Positions 33,517 through 35,546 of a stretch of 35,546 nucleotides of DNA are shown here, in pieces. Positions within the stretch are counted from its first letter, which is position 1. Every line of letters begins with the position of its first letter. The notes beneath the pieces were generated by a model that worked only from the letters and a program-made list of their open reading frames with translations, had not been told where the DNA came from and ran no database searches. The position numbers and the translations under genes are program-made. This DNA comes from a virus, in IMG/VR virus record IMGVR_UViG_3300005607_000421; one strand, 5' to 3'.

Positions 33517-33530
33517 AAAAGAGAAGTAAG
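33517..33530 (-). promoter_or_regulatory. Conserved module motif, copy 12 (AAGTAAG variant)
   Basis: aaaagagaagtaag, 36 nt from ATG 33481. Confidence 0.65.
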
Positions 33531-33659
33531 TAACCGGTTGCAATCATTTAGCCGGTATCTGGTAAGGGTTACAACCCTGATTTCCCAATGTCACTGCACG
33601 GACCCTGATACTGTTGTAGCATAATCCAGATCAGGTCAACCTGCTCTGATTCTACCAGT

Positions 33660-35546
33660 TCATTTTTCAGCTACCATATAGGTGCAGGTTGAAGCGTGCC
33701 AGCTGTCTTTTTGGTTTCTGAATCTTGTATAGCCGTATTCCTGCAACCTGCTTTCCACCTGCCACACAAATTGATCATTGTGAATCTCTATCACCAGCTT
33801 GGGGTGATATTTTGACAGCACATTTTTGCCGCCTTCTATTACTTCTCTCTCGTGTCCCTCAACATCAATTTTGATTAAAGAGGGAATGCAGCCTGTCGCT
33901 GCCACCAATCTGTCAAGAGTTGTACACGGGACCTGACATACGCCGAGAAGCTCAGCTTCAGCATCAGACCTTTGCAGAACACTATTCCAGCCATCAACAG
34001 CGTAAGAATTGATGTCCAGCATCCCCTCTTTGTCTGAAATGGCAACGGCGCGCACGTCAACCTTTCCTGCGCATCCATTAAGCTCAATGTTCTGCAGCAA
34101 GACAGTAAGGGCATCATGCATCGGCTCTACCGCTATTACCCTGTCATAGTATCTGGCTGCCCTTACCGACCAGCGTCCGGCATGGGCGCCAATATCAAGA
34201 AATACACTTGTCCATCCAGTTCTCGTTCCAATTTCAGTTTCGGTTTCGGTGAACCAGCAAGCGTCTCTGCCCTTGCTCTGCGCCCACTCGGCCATTATAG
34301 CACCCGCCAGTATGTCCTCTCTCAGAAACGACTCGTGCCCCATAGACCATCCAAGATGCCAGTCTCTGCCATCCTCGTGAACCCACCTGCCATTGACCAT
34401 GTCATGCAGTATAGAGTCCAGCTTGACTGCTGCCCGCAGCCAGCTGTAAATATCAAGCTGCCAGCTGATCTGGCTGGCCAGAACTGCCGAATCATGCTCT
34501 TCTTTCAACATCATCTCCATCTCCTCGGCTGCGCTTTCCGGGCTGGCAAGCCATTCAAAAGCTCCCCAGGGAATTGCAAAATTCTTTGCAGACCTGACAA
34601 AGGCCACTGCAGGACCGAATCTATCATAGACCTCCCGCAAGACGGGGTTGTCAGTCATAACGCACGGAACTCCACATGCCAAAGCCTCCAGCATCGGTAG
34701 CCCAAAGCCCTCTGATGTGGCAGTATTGACATAGAGGTCAACGCAGCTGTAAAGTCTGGCCATAAATTCGTCGGACATGCCCCAGCTTTTCGAGGCATTA
34801 TGGTTTGCAAAATGCACTCTGTTTCTGATGTTCAGATTTACGGCCCACTGCTCAAGATCCCAAAATCCAGCAGGCTCGGTCCAGAGCACGAGGTGAGCAT
34901 CCGGAACTGTCCTGAGCAGCAGCTGGAATGCCTTCATGGTCAGGGGAATCTGCTTGCGGAAATCATAGTTCACTGCCACCGAGCCGACGATTATTTTGTC
35001 GGGTGGCAAGCCAAGCTCTTTTCTGCACTTTTTTCTGTCAAGGGGTTTGTAGATTTGTCTGTCAACGCCGTGGTAAAGATAGTCTACCTTTTCCTGCGGA
35101 ACACCCTGCGTACCCATGATGTCCCGGCCCCAGCTTGTCATGGTAATGTTGTAGTCAACCATCTGCTGGGCTATCCTGATCTCCTCATACGATAGCGGAG
35201 ACGAGTGCACAGGCGAGTAGCTGATAAACTTGATGTTTTTGCTTCTGCAGGCATCAGGCAGCCACGACACATTTTCGCCACCTCTGTATCGCGGCGACAT
35301 CACAAAAGAGTCGCGTACATGCACTATGGCGTCAGGCCTGACGGAATCCAAGTAGCGGATTACGGAACGGTATTCGTCGCCTTCGTATACTGTGCCGTAG
35401 TCAAGCTTGAGAGGTGAGCCCATGTACTGGATTGGGCAGAAGGTGATCTCGTTGCCCAGCTTTTGAAGCTCAACAGCCAGATTTCTCGCTACTTTCGCGT
35501 ATCCTGTGGGAAGAAGAGGAGAATCGCAGATAAAACCAAGCTTCAT
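33660..35546 (-). CDS. Glycosyltransferase (GT-B, family 4-like) fused to a FkbM-family methyltransferase
   Basis: GT4: TGYAKVARNL, RKQIP, EGFGLPMLEALACGVP. FkbM: VFLDIGAHAG, VIAVEP, LIKIDVEGHE. Confidence 0.88.
   Translation of the reverse strand: MKLGFICDSPLLPTGYAKVARNLAVELQKLGNEITFCPIQYMGSPLKLDYGTVYEGDEYRSVIRYLDSVRPDAIVHVRDSFVMSPRYRGGENVSWLPDACRSKNIKFISYSPVHSSPLSYEEIRIAQQMVDYNITMTSWGRDIMGTQGVPQEKVDYLYHGVDRQIYKPLDRKKCRKELGLPPDKIIVGSVAVNYDFRKQIPLTMKAFQLLLRTVPDAHLVLWTEPAGFWDLEQWAVNLNIRNRVHFANHNASKSWGMSDEFMARLYSCVDLYVNTATSEGFGLPMLEALACGVPCVMTDNPVLREVYDRFGPAVAFVRSAKNFAIPWGAFEWLASPESAAEEMEMMLKEEHDSAVLASQISWQLDIYSWLRAAVKLDSILHDMVNGRWVHEDGRDWHLGWSMGHESFLREDILAGAIMAEWAQSKGRDACWFTETETEIGTRTGWTSVFLDIGAHAGRWSVRAARYYDRVIAVEPMHDALTVLLQNIELNGCAGKVDVRAVAISDKEGMLDINSYAVDGWNSVLQRSDAEAELLGVCQVPCTTLDRLVAATGCIPSLIKIDVEGHEREVIEGGKNVLSKYHPKLVIEIHNDQFVWQVESRLQEYGYTRFRNQKDSWHASTCTYMVAEK

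Larger units (their letters stand above)
4475..35546 (-). mobile_element. Tailed-virus (Caudoviricetes-like, HK97 head + siphovirus-type tail) morphogenesis cluster: provirus, decayed provirus or domesticated particle; continues beyond the right edge
   Basis: Co-oriented portal, protease, cement, MCP, connector, tail terminator, tube, G/GT chaperones, gp10-like neck, tape measure, hub and fibre genes in largely canonical order (the gp10-like gene is displaced). No att sites or integrase were seen, so the boundaries are approximate. Confidence 0.9.

Noticed and set aside
1-35546. tRNA, rRNA, IS elements or transposases
   Set aside because: No cloverleaf, rRNA-like or transposase signatures were noticed by eye. 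A tRNAscan/ISEScan run would be needed to exclude them formally.

Overview
The window looks like part of a Nitrososphaera-like (thaumarchaeal) chromosome. This is inferred from the host-type genes: an S53 peptidase, MEDS and receiver proteins, and a NitrOD-like protein. From about 4475 to the right edge it carries a minus-strand HK97-type head plus non-contractile (sipho-type) tail morphogenesis cluster: portal, prohead protease/scaffold, cement protein, major capsid protein, connector, tail terminator, tail tube, G/GT chaperones with a -1 slippery site, gp10-like neck protein, tape measure, hub, tail-collar and LamG fibre. No terminase, integrase, replication or sheath gene is recognisable inside the window. 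The cluster is repeatedly interrupted by cargo: a signalling cassette, a DNA methyltransferase, a SnoaL protein, a wHTH gene with iteron-like repeats, a GNAT toxin-antitoxin pair and a GT4-FkbM fusion. Two linked observations stand out. (1) Four ORFs share an N-terminal leader (MSIEDDPFAFHLRMLG..RQFDV..LQEF..EFNPNHDExGRFASG; one copy is cut off after RQ). Two carry unrelated C-terminal domains, one is a short Cys-rich variant and one is a stump. They are followed by small partner genes, duplicated partners, a frameshifted partner and an orphan HExxH fragment. This is the layout of a polymorphic effector/immunity system, possibly packaged in the capsid. (2) A conserved motif (coding strand AATTAATTCTCTTTT or CTTACTTCTCTTTT) occurs 12 times. 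It lies just upstream of module starts and brackets each cassette. All product calls come from motif recognition by eye, not from database searches.
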